A DNA stretch of 63,806 nucleotides, counting the filler, from Collodictyon triciliatum (Eukaryota), in NCBI GenBank assembly GCA_043381765.1. It is 5 parts of 5 records of this genome, joined end to end, with 100 filler letters (N's around TTAATTAATTAA, not from the genome) between each part and the next. Parts side by side here need not be neighbours in the genome. Positions count along the whole stretch, not along the records: positions 15,526 to 27,626 come from JBHJMP010001677.1; positions 27,727 to 43,134 come from JBHJMP010001679.1; 3 more parts are not named here. The stretch is one strand, 5' to 3'. This document shows, in pieces, positions 16,101-39,422 of this stretch (positions are counted from its first letter, which is position 1; each line of letters opens with the position of its first letter). The notes beneath the pieces are model-generated. The model searched no databases and was not told the origin of the DNA. It saw only the letters and a list, made by a program, of their open reading frames with translations. A program made the position numbers and the translations under genes.

Positions 16101-17001
16101 GCGACATAAACACTGTCCATTCATAAAAATATTAATAAGCATCGGGCTTTGATGACTAGTAAAAACACTCGCAGCCAGGCTTGTGGAGAGGAAAATTATG
16201 AATAGATGTTGCCTGTGCAACACGAAACGCAGATCATGATAATTCCTTGATCAATAAACAAGTAATTCATCATATATCTTGGCATATGATAGAAAATCAT
16301 AAAATAATCATAAATAATCACATGATATTGATTATATACCAAAGTGAATATAATATGATTACATTAATATAAATTCCATAAATAGAAACAATTCATTTTG
16401 TAAATCGGCCAAACTTCAGCCTCCAGGCCAAATCCAACAGTCATGAATATTCCAAAGATGAATATAGTTCTGTATTTTCATTAGATTTGGATATATATAC
16501 ATAATATTCCAGTTTTGATATAGCCAGTAAATGGATTTGGCCAAATTCTGAATTCAACTGCAACGCGTTTTTTATCATTGCCATAAATCTCTTCTGGTGA
16601 TGATCCGTGTTTTTTCGAACCCGAAAAAACCAACCAAAGTGCGAAACACAATAGACTCAAAGCAAACAAGAAGAAAAAGAAGAAAAAAGAAGAAAAAAGA
16701 AGAAAAAAGAAGAAAAAAGAAGAAAAAAGAAGAAAAAAGAAGAAAAAAGAAGAAAAAAGAAGGAAAAAGAAGGAAAAAGAAGGAAAAAGAAGGAAAAAGA
16801 AGGAAAAAGAAGGAAAAAGAAGGAAAAAAGAAGGAAAAAAGAAGGAAAAAAGAAGGAAAAAAAAAGAAAAGAATATTACTGTGAAACATGTCTCTGTGCC
16901 TCCACGCGTTTGTGAGAGCCACGAAGCCAGCAAAACACGCAATCTGACCAACTCGCTGCAGAACAAAGAGGATTCGAAGCACACTGCAAAGAAATCAACA
17001 A

Positions 17002-19515
17002 ATGTCGGGCCTGATCCAAACCATCAAGCACGATCTTGCGGGCGTTGATCTGAGAATCGCAGCCGGAATGCTGGCAAACATATTCTCCACAGTCACCTGC
17101 GTCCTCTTCAACAAAGTCCTCTTTGAGAACGAGTTTCGATATGGTGCGTTTCCTTTTTTTTCTTTTTTCTTTTTCTTTTTCCTTTTCTTTTTCCTTTTCT
17201 TTCCTTTTTTTTCTTTTCTTTCCTTCTTTTCTTTTCTTTTCTTTTCTTTTCTTTTCTTTTCTTTTCTTTTCTTTTCTTTTCTTTCTCTTTAAGGATCATC
17301 ACTTTTGTTTTGTGCTTCGACTCGTATTTGCATTTATTTAATTAATTATTCTCTACCTTTCCCGAGTTTTCTGTGTGCCTGACCCAAGCAAGATTGCTTT
17401 GACGAAAAAGTCCCCGTCATTTATATTTTTTAATTGATATTATTTTGCGCAGTATATTTACATATGAAGCCCTTTGTATGAATCTGAATATCTTGGATTT
17501 TTTTTAAAATAATTTTTTTTTTTGTTGATAACCTTTAAAGTAAACAAACAAATACCTCCACAGCAACTTTTTTGACATTCATCCACATGTTCACAAACTC
17601 GATCTTCGTTTACCTGACTGCGTCGATGGGCGTGTTTGAGGTGAAAAAGGTCGAGCTCGTCAAGTAAGTCTGCTCTTCAAACAATACCACTTATTTTGCA
17701 CCTTTTTTTTTTTTTACGCATGTTAACTATGAAACCTCATCACCTTACGATTATGTTGCAAACTTTACCCGTTCCTTCTTTTTTGATTAATTATTCAACA
17801 ATAGAGTTCTCCCTCTTGGGTGCTCATTTGTCGCTTCAGTCGTTTCTCTCAATCTCAGCCTGCAATACAACAGTGTCGGGTTTTACCAGGTCAGTATTTA
17901 TCTTCCCGTTCGCCATAATTTACATGTATTCTATATTCTTCAACTAAGTGTTCTGCCATTAGCGGGGGTTTAGGATTCCGCAATGAAGCATCATTATATA
18001 ATAATAATAATAAAAATAATAATAAAAATAATAATAAAAATAATAATAATAAAGTAAACCTTACATCCTTTCATATGGCATTTTCATTCAATATCTTGAT
18101 TGTGGATAATCGCAGGTGATGAAGATTATGATTATCCCCACACTGGTCGTTCTTCAGGCAGTTTGGTACGGTCAACGCTCCAACAACGCCACGAAACTTT
18201 CTCTCGTCCCTATCTGCATCGGCGTTGGTTTGGCAACAACATCCGATGTCGAAGTGAATTTCATGGGTACTTTGATGGCCTGCGTCGGCTGCGTCACCAC
18301 TGCTATTCATCAGATCGTATGACCTCTGCCAAATTATAGCTAACTATGCATATCCATCAACAACATAAATTTGACTGCTTGGGCTCATGTATCATTAATT
18401 ATCCGTTTATTATTTGTTATCTCGCGATTATCATCGGGAAATTGACTTTTTTTTTTCCTTTATTCGATTCAAAGATCGGGAAATTGACTTGATTGTTTTT
18501 AATTTTATTTATTTATTTGACACGAAATACAGTGGGGTAATGTCAAGCAGAAGGAGCTCGGGCTGAATGCATTGCAAGTCCTTTACTACCAGGTGATGTT
18601 CAAAACTTTTTTTTTTGATAATATTCCTTCTATTTTCCCGTCCGTATCGAACGTTTTAATCAATCAATAGAGCAAATAGTTAGATAAGCTCCCTTTTTAT
18701 ATATACTCCAACCACGAATCAATATGTCAACATGTGACTTAACTCTATGAACAGGCACCCATATCCGCTTGTATTCTTGTCTTTCTGATTCCTCTCTTTG
18801 ACGAAGTCAACACCCCCCGTGGTATCGCCAACTTTGAATACGACAGCGAAACTCTGGTTTTTTTTTCCATTTCTTTATCACAGACACACTTCATCGCTCA
18901 GAACTTCAGTTTCATCTCTCAATTAGACAAATACCAACCAACTATCTATAGACAAATATAAATAAAAGAAAGAGAAGAAAAGTCCTTTTTGGGAAAACTA
19001 TTCACTGACAGCACATCAATAACCATAATGTGGCCTTTCTCCTTTTTTTTTTTTTTCCTTCAACATTCTGCTTTAACCAGACATTCATCACTCTGTCGTC
19101 ACTCATGGCATATGGCGTCAACATCACAAGCTACCTGATTATCGGCAAAGCGTCGCCCGTCACATACCAAGTGGTTGGACACTTTAAGACATGCCTTGTC
19201 CTTGTCGGGGGCTTCCTGCTGTTCGACTCTACCATCAGCAAAGAGAATCTCATGGGCATTGGCGTAGCCTTCATCGGAATGGTCTGGTACAGTCATATAA
19301 AGCTCTCGGAAAGCGCAAACGCAGCCCAGAACACCCCCCGCGTTGAGCCCGTCTCTCCTCCCAGTAAGCCTTCTTTCCTTTTCTTCTTCTCTCAGTCATT
19401 TTAGTATTGCTGTTGTATCTTCAATTTTTTTTATTCATTTATTTATTATCGTCTCTTTTATCACTCTCTGACTTCATCAGTAATCATCACAAAGGCTGAC
19501 CTAGTGGCTATGTGA
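17002..19515 (+). CDS. Nucleotide-sugar/triose-phosphate transporter family, SLC35E3/UXT-like, 8 exons
   Basis: Spliced product contains NKVLF, TFLTFIH, NLSLQYNSVGFYQVMKIMIIP, QKELGLNALQVLYYQAP and IGKASPVTYQVVGHFKTCLVL. All junctions are in phase with GT-AG. Confidence 0.9.
18449..18474 (-). mobile_element. Ultra-short retroposon-like element, copy B (perfect 16-bp TSD)
   Basis: T-tract plus CCTTTATTCGATTCAAAG, flanked by ATCGGGAAATTGACTT at 18433-18448 and 18475-18490. Confidence 0.8.
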
Positions 19516-20227
19516 GAGCGTGCTATTTTGCTGTGTGTTTATCTTGAAATTTTGTAGAGAGTCACGAGGACCTCTTAGTAGGTTACTCGCACAACGGAGA
19601 CCAATCGAAGGCTGTTTAAGGAACCGTCCTGCCCTTCTCCATCAACGACGCCTTTTAGTAAGCGAGCAAGTGATTGTTTATATATAGAAAGAAAAATGAA
19701 TAGCATACTTTTTCATGAAATCAAAACAAGTTAAATTGTAATTGCGAGAGAAAGATATTTAAGCTCTTTGTTTTCGTACATGCAGGGACTCCAAGAGGCA
19801 TTCATATTCTGAGGTATCAGTTTTGATGTTGTCAGTTTGCAGCCTTTCATCAATAACACAATCTTTTGTGTATCTGGCTTAGTGCTCATGAAACCTTTTT
19901 TTTTTTATTGCAGATTTTCAGAGGAATACGCATCGATGCTTTGCTTTACCTGTTGAAGGATTGGCTCAATAAAGAACAAACACATTTTAGCCTCACTTTT
20001 TTTTTTTTCGCCCATTGCTCCATAAATTTGTTTTCATTTATAATTGGGTGTTTCAATGTTTATTCTCATCCCCTATCACACATACTGATTGAAAATAAAG
20101 TGCGGTGAGGCCTTCTTTGACCTTTCTTTTCATGTTCAAATAGCCAAAACAATTATCCCATTATACTTGGCAACACACGACTTGTCGCAGGCTCTACAAC
20201 AAAAGAAAACTTTCTCGGCGCGCTTTC

Positions 20228-29967
<9,740 letters not shown>

Positions 29968-30336
29968 ATGAAGAGAATATACGAAGATAGGCGAATTGCG
30001 TCAAAGTTTATATATATGGAATAATATATATGATCCAATCAAAAATTGAATTTGGCTGCAGCTTCACTCTATCAAGACTTGATTAAAAACTTTTATTATA
30101 TTTTCCATTTTTGTAAAAAAATTGAGTTAAATGTGGAATACACTGTGCGCATTTTAAATCTAATGCTGTCAATTGATTCCTGAGGAAGTCCACATTTTAC
30201 AAAAAGTCAAATGAACATCCCCATCTATTAAAAAAAGAAGAAAAAGAAAGAGAAAGAGAAAAGAATGATGGCAATTAAAAAAATTTGAAGGATTTAGAGA
30301 AGAGGCGCAAAGACACCTCCCAAAACAGCATCTTCC

Positions 30337-33300
30337 ATGCGATCTGCCTCGCCTCGAGCTGGGTCCCACCATCGGCCTCCCTCCACAAGTCTGGATCTCT
30401 CAGGGAAGCGGACGCTGGCGGGAGAGTCTCGAGCGCGGGCGATTCGTTCGGCCCTTTCAGAAAAACAAAGTGCGGGTGTTGGCGAATCCGCAGAGTCTGA
30501 GCCGCAAACGCCGAGTGCTCCGATTTCGTCGGTGGACCGAATCGATCAGTCCATTCGGGCTGCTCAAAGCCGTGTGAAAGAGTATAAACAGAAACAAGAG
30601 CGGCCTGTTGAGTCTGTTTCGTCACGTGAGGTCATGCTGAGCTATTCAAAAGCAACAGTAAAGAAGATTCCGGTTGCCCAGAGAGGTTGCATATTATTCT
30701 TATTAATTACTGTTTTGTGTAGCTTCTTTTCCCCTCATATTATTCTCCTTTTATTTTCCCCTTTTTTTTTTATTATTATTTTTTTTGTATTATGTAACCT
30801 TTCTATATGCATATTTTGAATGCATCGTTTCATTAAGAATTTTTGACAAAGAAAAAAAAAACAATACCCCTATCAGATTTATCTGCACCAAGGCCGTTGT
30901 CTGAGGCTGAAGAACGTTTGGTGAATGCAAAAAAGTATGCTCTCAAAGTTAGAAGCAAGAATCAGGTAATTTCATCTGAAACGTCCTCGCTTAATGCCAT
31001 TTTCATTCAAGGGAGAAAGAAAACTGCATTTTCCTCGCATAAATCTCTGTTGTCTTTTTGTTATCTTGCATCCAATGAATCATAGAATATTGGCTCCAAA
31101 ATGCTCAAGGGTACTAGTGGTTTGTTTCTTGATATATTTCCCTATAGATTTTAAGCTTCGGATAGTATCATTACTTCGTAAAGCAAATAATGGATTATGG
31201 GTTCATCTATACTTCATGATGCCCTAATCAAATATCTTTTAAGCCAAGACTTTTCTTTCTTTTTTCTTTCTGGGATCAAAAATTTTCACTGGATTTCCAA
31301 ACGATTTGTTTGTACCAAATTCTAGACTCTCCCTTTACTGTACAAGCATGGGGCGATGAAGATGGTTGTATTCGTGGCCAATCCACGGAAGAAATCAGTT
31401 ATGATGAGCAGAGAGATTTGCACGTCGTCGATGGCCTTATCCTCGATCCAGATGAGATTTTGGACCCGAAAGATAGTGTTACATTGCTTGAAGCTAAGAT
31501 ACATGTATATTTTTCTAATTATTATTTACCCTTTTTCACCTGGCTAATAGAGTAGATTCCTTACCAATTATGTCTTTCTCCTCAGGAAATGGAAAAATTG
31601 AGAGATTCAGCAGCCGAGAATCGATTACTTGAATCATTTGAAGGTTAATATCTTTATAGAGCGAAAAATTCAATGTTCCTTTTCAATATCAATAACCACT
31701 TATTATGTCGAGTATCAACCGGCAACATATTTAATAATGCAGTAGATAGTGAAGAGGAGAAATTAGATAGGCCGACATTCAATCAAGATGAATATCTTAG
31801 AATTTTGCTACATTACAAATCCGTTTCCCAAGTGTGTTGGGTTCATTCCGATTAAAATTTATTTTAACTTTATGCCGATTTTTATTACAATTATTTCTTG
31901 ATGTAAATAATATACGGTTAGGTCTGCTATGGCCCAAATGACCCACGTATGTCAAAAGCCTTTTTGAAACTCGCTGATGGTCATATTCGATCAAAATCAT
32001 TCCACCAAGCTTTAGAACATGCATCAAAGGTAATTTAAAGAAAAAGAAAAAGAAAATGGTCGTCTGGAATTTATAATTGATATGTATATGTATGTTAAAT
32101 CCACGTAATTTATGAAGGCCGTGGCTCTGGAAAACCATCCAACACAAGGAACGAAGTTGCTTTTACCAAAGGCATTTTACTTTCAAGGTTTAGCCTATAT
32201 GGGACTCGAAAGGTATTTTTCTTAATAAACTGATAGATAAACAAAAAGGCTCTCGCCTTGTATCGTGAAAATTTCTAATATTATTGCCTTCAAATATGAA
32301 TCGTTTTAAAAATAAGGTTTAAAGAGGCAAACATTTGCTATGTTAAGTCGATTCGATTCAACAGATTGTTGAAAGCAGAAGAACATCCCAGTTTGTAAGT
32401 TTTCCTGTTAAAATTCTTCGACATCAACTAGAATGAAACTTTATTCAAGATTTTATGCATCTCTTTGTACACCTTCTTTTCTTTTTTTCTGGATACGATG
32501 ATAAAGTATACCGATATACTGCGCATACGGGAAGAACTTATTGCTCATGAAAGACTATGAAAAGGCGTACACGTATTTGAAGAAGGTCAGTCATTAGAGT
32601 GAGGATGCACTCATTGCATCATAGATATTTGGCTAATTCAATGTCAATTAACAATAAAGGTTTTGGATGCTGACTGTGAGCAATCCTTACAACAAAGACC
32701 TGAAGTCGTGCGAGATCTGGCTAAAATATCCTCTTTTCCCCATCATTTTCACCAATATCTTGGAACGTCGATTTTTTTTATTTTTTTTCTACAATAAAAA
32801 AAGAAAGAAAAAATAACATTAATCCCCTTAATCAATCTCATACATTTGCCGCACTCTTGGATACAACAAAGAGGCCTTAGAATAGTTAAAAAAAAATCCA
32901 TTCAAATCGTCTTTATTATCGAGAAAATATAACTGGGAGAAATTTATCATATTCAATTGTTTTTATTTACAAATTACACAGTTACTCTGAGGTGCTCAGT
33001 AACATTGAAAGAGTGAGGAATGAAGACAATTCCAAGATTCTTGATATTCTCAAAGTAATNNNNNNNNNNNNNNNNNNNNNNNNNNNNNNNNNNNNNNNNN
33101 NNNNNNNNNNNNNNNNNNNNNNNNNNNNNNNNNNNNNNNNNNNNNNNNNNNNNNNNNNNNNNNNNNNNNNNNNNNNNNNNNNNNNNNNNNNNNNNNNNNN
33201 NNNNNNNNNNNNNNNNNNNNNNNNNNNNNNNNNNNNNNNNNNNNNNNNNNNNNNNNNNNNNNNNNNNNNNNNNNNNNNNNNNNNNNNNNNNNNNNNNNNN

Positions 33301-34373
33301 NNNNNNNNNNNNNNNNNNNNNNNNNNNNNNNNNNNNNNNNNNNNNNNNNNNNNNNNNNNNNNNNNNNNNNNNNNNNNNNNNNNNNNNNNNNNNNNNNNNN
33401 NNNNNNNNNNNNNNNNNNNNNNNNNNNNNNNNNNNNNNNNNNNNNNNNNNNNNNNNNNNNNNNNNNNNNNNNNNNNNNNNNNNNNNNNNNNNNNNNNNNN
33501 NNNNNNNNNNNNNNNNNNNNNNNNNNNNNNNNNNNNNNNNNNNNNNNNNNNNNNNNNNNNNNNNNNNNNNNNNNNNNNNNNNNNNNNNNNNNNNNNNNNA
33601 TCAAAACCCTGCTAAAGTTGATAGGTAGAGTCACTCATGTAATCACAAGTTCTTAAATAATCGCGAAAAGAATATCATTTTAGATCCTTTTTTCTTTCCT
33701 TTGCGATCTTATACTCCTCTATGTACGAAAATAAAGCAATGTATTGTTTGATTATAATTGTTTCATACGCAAAGAATGCATCGTTATTGTAACAGAATAA
33801 TTTACAATCACAGAATATACCGAAGAGTGGAAGAAGGACAGGTACATGTCCAATTTTACAAGGGTTATTCGAGGCACTGTTGCGACCTCTTTATTTCGAG
33901 TTCAATTCCATTTGATATGAAATATGAAATGTCCAGAATCAAACGGCGACTCGTCGAGAAGGCAAATGGAGCAAAACCAAAATCTGATGTAAAGAAGGAT
34001 GAGGAACGGGTGAGTGCGTGGCGAGTTGATACATACAAATTACTGGCCAGTGTGCAATTCAAGGCGAGAAAGTGGGATGAATGCAGAGCGACAGTTTCCA
34101 AACTGATGGATCTGCAAGCTAATCCGGGGTCTCAGAAGCGGGTAATCGTCGAGCCCTTTGAATTGTAGCACCTTGTATTCCCAAGCTATTGTCTTGCTCT
34201 TTGCTCTTCTTTGGATTTCCTGTTGAAAACTCTCTGGCCGACAAAACTATTAGAACTATGCGATGGAGTCTCTGCTGGAAAGAATCGAGATGATGAAATC
34301 GGAAGACTCGAGACAGAATCTGGTGTGGGACAGTGACAGACTTGGGCAAATGCAAAAGGATTATTTGCGATAA
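30337..34373 (+). CDS. TPR-like repeat protein, TTC23/TTC23L-like; an N-gap falls inside the gene
   Basis: Exons VCYGPNDPRMSKAFLKLADGHIRSKSFHQALEHASKA (resembles remembered TTC23 'ICYG..HW.LA.A...LA......QA..HA..A'), AFYFQGLAYMGL and YGKNLLLMKDYEKAYTYLKK, with a low-complexity N-terminus. Confidence 0.55.
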
Positions 34374-35085
34374 AAAAAATGAAGAAAAAGCATAGTTATA
34401 TAAATAAAACGAATTGTACACAAAGTATATGTATTAAAAAAATAGTTGGATGAAACATGCCAATTTTGCGAGTCTCTCTCCACTTAGAAAAAAAAAAAGA
34501 AGAGGAGGTATGTATTCGATAATACACTATCACGGTCGATGCGGGAAATGGTGGGCATGAGAGATGTTCACTTTGCACACACAGAACAGAAAGTAAATAT
34601 TTATTTATTTATTTATTTATTTTTATTCTTCCTTTCAATTTTGTGCTCCCAACAAAGAGTAAATATAACTATCAACCGAGTGAGACGAGGACATATTTTG
34701 TGGTGTCTTTGATTATTTGACTAAAAAGAGAAATGAGAGAATTGCAGAAGATATAGAAAATATCAAAGTTGAAAAGGCTGAACATATGAGTACAGCATTA
34801 TTATTGCAAAAATAATACATTATAAGATAGACAGCACAAAAAGAAAAAAACACGTGGATGTTTATGACGCCAAAATATTTCGTCTCTGTCTCTTTTCAAC
34901 TATCCTTTTCTTGCAACAGTTCCGTCAGTTTATAGACGTTTGAGTGTAGACGTATCAGAATTTAGAGAAAAGGGACGAGAGCAAGCCTGGATTAGACAAT
35001 GAAGAAAAGAATGCAAGTTTTACAAATGAAAAAGTATAGATGACCATGAAATGCATTCACAGGGCAATTTTTAATCCCTTTCTTT

Positions 35086-37500
35086 CTACTCTAGCCTGGA
35101 GAGATAATCCAACTGCTGAGTCAGGCTTGGGTGGGTCCATTCGAAGCGGTCGTTTCCTTTTTGTGTGATTCCCATATCTCCGTGTTTTCGAAGGGACAAG
35201 TTCTGTTGTATCTTTTTCCGAACCAAATCGGCTGCCTCTGTGTTAATTTTTGGTAGATATTTATTGTATGCCCCGCACAAAGGGAAAAGGAGGAATTAAA
35301 TTAAACTAGATATAAAGGTAGGATTGCGAATCCAAACTGTCCATATATATTTAGTACTACTTTCGGTTTTCATGGGTAAAAAAAAAAGAGAAGAGAGCGA
35401 TTACCATGCTCAAGGTGTAGCTTCCTTGCAGATAAGATATCAGCATCTTTTTCATGCTTCCTTGTAATCACTCCAGTTATTCCGATAGCTACACAAGAGT
35501 AAAAGAAGCGAATCAGCATCTTCAAATAAAATCATTGCACGTTCATTTACCAATTGAGCGTTAAACACTCCAATAGTGGTTGGAATATGAGAAAAGATTG
35601 GGGAAACATTAGAGGAGCTAAAGATAAAAATGAATAGATGTGCCTATCACTAGAGTCTGAAAGAGATGCCATGGAAAGCGGAATCGTGCTTGTGAAGGTT
35701 GCCAGAAGCGATGTGTCCACTTTGCAAGGCCATGAGAGGCAACGAGACATCCAGTGGCCCACAATGCAGATGTGAATGCGTGGTTGAAGAGAAGATGAGA
35801 ACCCTTCGTTTGCGAGATTTGAAATGTAGATAATATATATTTAAATATTTTGAGAAAATGCGTTATTTTTAACTCATATTTTGTAGATATAAATTTGGTC
35901 CACTACTAAAAAAAAAAATCATATATTTGCAGAAGCCATCATAATTATCCATTAAAGACGCATATATAAAGTATTGAGATGGTATTTTACGATGCTCATA
36001 TACAACTTTACAAATATATATACTTTAAAAATATATAAACAAATAAATTACGGGCCAAATTGATTAAATTACTGTACTAACGAATAGTAAAGAAAATTAC
36101 ATACGATACTTGTAGTATCAAATTATACCAGTTTTCATTCAAAATAAAACTCTATGTAGTAGACAAGCATGTTTAATATGTATCTACCTCGTGCCCAAAG
36201 AGATAGTCTATTTCGGATTGTTCAGGAACAAGGTATGCATACTCCTCCAACAAAAGGGTTTTAACATCTGACGGCATTTCACTAATCGGCCCGTCATACA
36301 AGGTTTCTTCCACCAATGTCTGCCGATAAAATTAAAACTATAAATCTCATAAGATAGAGTAAGCCAATTCAAAACATAATCGTAAATCTTTAATATAATT
36401 TGTCAGAATGTTTTAGAAAAATTGTAGTTGAAAAACAGCGCTTACTTCCGATCCATCAGGCATCAACCGCGGAACGTGGCTTGTCATGTGCATGGGATTC
36501 TTTGGGTCAGCCATGGAAGCTAATTCTTCGGGTATTAATACAACAGCCCCAAAGTGTGTGTTCGTTCCTACAACGTAAAAATGTATATAATTATTTAGAA
36601 GGATGAAAAGGAGCACATAAGCCCTAAATCTCCAAATTGTAATGGCCCTCATTCTTTTGATAAAGTTAAATATTAAAATTCTAGCGTGGTGAACATTAAA
36701 GGACAATATACCAATCACTTTCAGGTCTCCTTCCTTCACTATAAGCATCTCGACATTTTCCGGATATAAAACCCCAACATTTCCTGCACACAAGAAATGT
36801 ACATGATTATTTATTTGGTCCGGAGGGGGAAAAGGTTGGAATAAGGTACATCTAATCGCATTCGTAGGAATAATCCAGCGTCAATGGTGATAAGTAATTA
36901 TTAATTCACCATATATAACCAGTAAGTTTTTTTTCCTTTATTCGATTCAAAGATAACCAGTAAGTTAATGTTGCAGAAGCAAGCTCCACATATGATGTTT
37001 GATGTGTAGTGATTAACAGAAAGATATGTTTGATATAAAAGACATACGGAATATATTACGAACACGCAATTTCAGCTCCTCATCGGCCTCACAAATGATG
37101 TTTCCCTTCTCTGTCCACATGCACCATTGGTAGGGATGCGTATTTGCATATATAGGCACAGACACAAACCCGGCAAACCCGGCCCATAAAATCCAAGGGA
37201 TTGGCCTCCACTAATCAATATGAAGTAGTAAATTGATAAATGAACAGATAAAAAAAAAAGTATATTGAATTAAAAAGAAATGATAAAAAGGAAAGAACTA
37301 AGTTGATAGAAGGGAGGAATACAGAGATTAATAAGTAAAGTGAAATGAATAAGATTGATATAAAGTCCTACATAACCGCGACCACTCATGCAGACCATAG
37401 CTTCGTCACAAGTCTCACACGCCCTTCTGCAAGGAGTTACGCGACTGCTATACTGCACTCCGCGGACTTTCAGCCCAAATCCTCTCAGAAGTCGAAACAT
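35086..37500 (-). CDS. Multi-exon hypothetical protein, possibly with a mitochondrial presequence
   Basis: Starts MFRLLRGFGLKVRGVQYSSR (Arg-rich, acid-free). GT-AG-bounded open exons at ~37065-37210, 36720-36785, 36440-36570, 36192-36320, 35405-35488 and 35086-35280. No family recognised. Confidence 0.45.
36929..36952 (-). mobile_element. Ultra-short retroposon-like element, copy D (perfect 14-bp TSD)
   Basis: T-tract plus exact core, flanked by ATAACCAGTAAGTT at 36915-36928 and 36953-36966. Confidence 0.8.
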
Positions 37501-37604
37501 TCGACGTCTGTGATGTTGCTCTTATTATCTTTTACTAACACAGCCTTTTCTGCGAAACCTGCCGGTTATAAGTAGGGAGAGGAAGAGGAAGAGAGAGAGG
37601 AAGA

Positions 37605-37689
<85 letters not shown>

Positions 37690-37714
37690 GGCGTGAATAG
37701 AATGGAGTGGGGAA

Positions 37715-37742
37715 CTTTGAATCGAATAAAGGAGAAAAAAAA
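37715..37742 (+). mobile_element. Ultra-short retroposon-like element, copy E
   Basis: Exact core at 37715-37732 plus A tail, with imperfect repeat AGAATGGAGTGGGGAA / AGAATGGAAAGGGAA. Confidence 0.7.
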
Positions 37743-38092
37743 AGAATGGAAAGGGAAAGAAGAGAAAAGAAGAGATGAAAAGATAAAGCAAAAGAGCAGC
37801 CCTTCGCCAGCCGTGCTTCCTGGCAGACAACGGAGCCAAACGCAGCCTTCTTAAATAAAGCAGCGAATCGCTTTCACCAAAAAAACTAAAAGATTCTTGC
37901 GCTGTGTTTTCGTCATCTATTGTCATTAGCGCGTATCCATGCCATTTCTGGAATATTTGGCAACCCTTCCGGTAATTGGCCTATTACCAGCCAAACCATC
38001 GCGGCGCGAGAGACGAAGAGAGGAGCAGACAGGGCACAAAGGCGGGTTAGGGGGAGAGCAGATTTATTGCACCAGGATGAGCGGGACAACAC

Positions 38093-39422
38093 TTAAGCCT
38101 TGGTGGACTTTCCGCCCTTGGCAGAGGCCTTGGAGCCGGACTTGGCGCCAGCCTTGGGGGCAACCTTGGCGGGGGTAGCAACCTTGGTTGTCTTTGTGAC
38201 ACCGTAGTACTTCTTCTTCTCCTCGGAGGTCTGGAAGCGGCCGTGGCCGAACTTGGAGGAGGTGTCGATGAACTTGAGATTGATCTGCTCGAGGGCCCAG
38301 CGCTTGGTGGGGGTGCGGAGGGACTTGCGGAGGGTGATGACGCGCTTCTTGGGGCCGGTGACGCATCCCTTGATGATAAGGAAGTCGTTGCGGACTGGAC
38401 CGTAGTGGGGGAAGCCACCCATCGGGGTGATGGTTTTGACGGTTCCGTCCGACTCAGTGGTGGCGTTCTGCTTGTCCTCGCCGCTGCCGATGCGGTAGAT
38501 CTTCTTGTTGGTTTCGGTACGGTGGAAGAAGCCCTTCTGACCAGCACGGGGCACAGTCCAGGCCACGCGGGCCGGATGCCAGGCTCCAATACAGGCGACC
38601 TTGCGCAGACCCTTGTGAGTCTTGCGAGGCAGCTTGGTGACACCCCAACGGGAGATGACACCCTTGTAACCGTGACCCTTGGTGACAGCCATGGTGTCGA
38701 TGAGCTCGTTCTGGGCAAAGACGGTTCCCACGGGCACGGGCTTTTCGAAGAGCGACAGCGCATAGGAGACCTTCTCGGCGATGTCCTTGCCGCCGTTGAC
38801 TTGGATCTCCATCAGGTGGGCCTTCTTGGTCTTGATGGGGAGCTTGCTGACCTGGGTGTGGGCGAGGACGCGGATGACCGATGAGCGCTCCTTGATCTCG
38901 TTGACGCGGCCTTCAATGTGAGTCTCTGAGTACTTCTTGGCGTAGCGGGTGAAGGCCTTGCGCTTGCTGCGGTACCAGCTGCGGTAGAAGCGGCGCTTCA
39001 GCTCCACGCTCAGGTGCTGGGCCCACACGGTGCTGACAGTGCGGAGTCCCTGGACGGTCTCTTCGTAACCCACGACACCGACGACGATCATGGGGGGCGC
39101 GTCAAGGACTGTGACAGCCTCGACGATCTCCTTCTTATGGATCTTGGAGCCAGCCTTGTCAAGGTCGCGGGTGACGTGAGTCATGCCAGCCTTGTAGGCG
39201 ATGAAGGCAGTCAGGTGGGGTGGGAGCGAGGCATTGTCCTTGGGGAAGCTGCGGACTGGGTTGGGGGATGGCGAGTGAGCAGCGTTTTCTGGGGTCTCAG
39301 AGCTTGGTTGTCCTCTAGCGATCGAAATATTGCTTACCCTTTCCGCGGATGGAGGCGGCGCGCTTGCGGGGAAGGAAGCCGAGAGAACCGTGGCGGGGAG
39401 ACTCGAATTTGCAGTGAGACAT
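38093..39422 (-). CDS. RPL3: 60S ribosomal protein L3 (uL3); exon 1 39422-39338, intron 39337-39256, exon 2 39255-38093
   Basis: [21 protein letters not shown]...VRSFPKD...YKAGMTH...[17 protein letters not shown]...[15 protein letters not shown]. The 82-nt intron is GTAAG...CCAG. Codon bias is strongly GC3. Confidence 0.98.
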
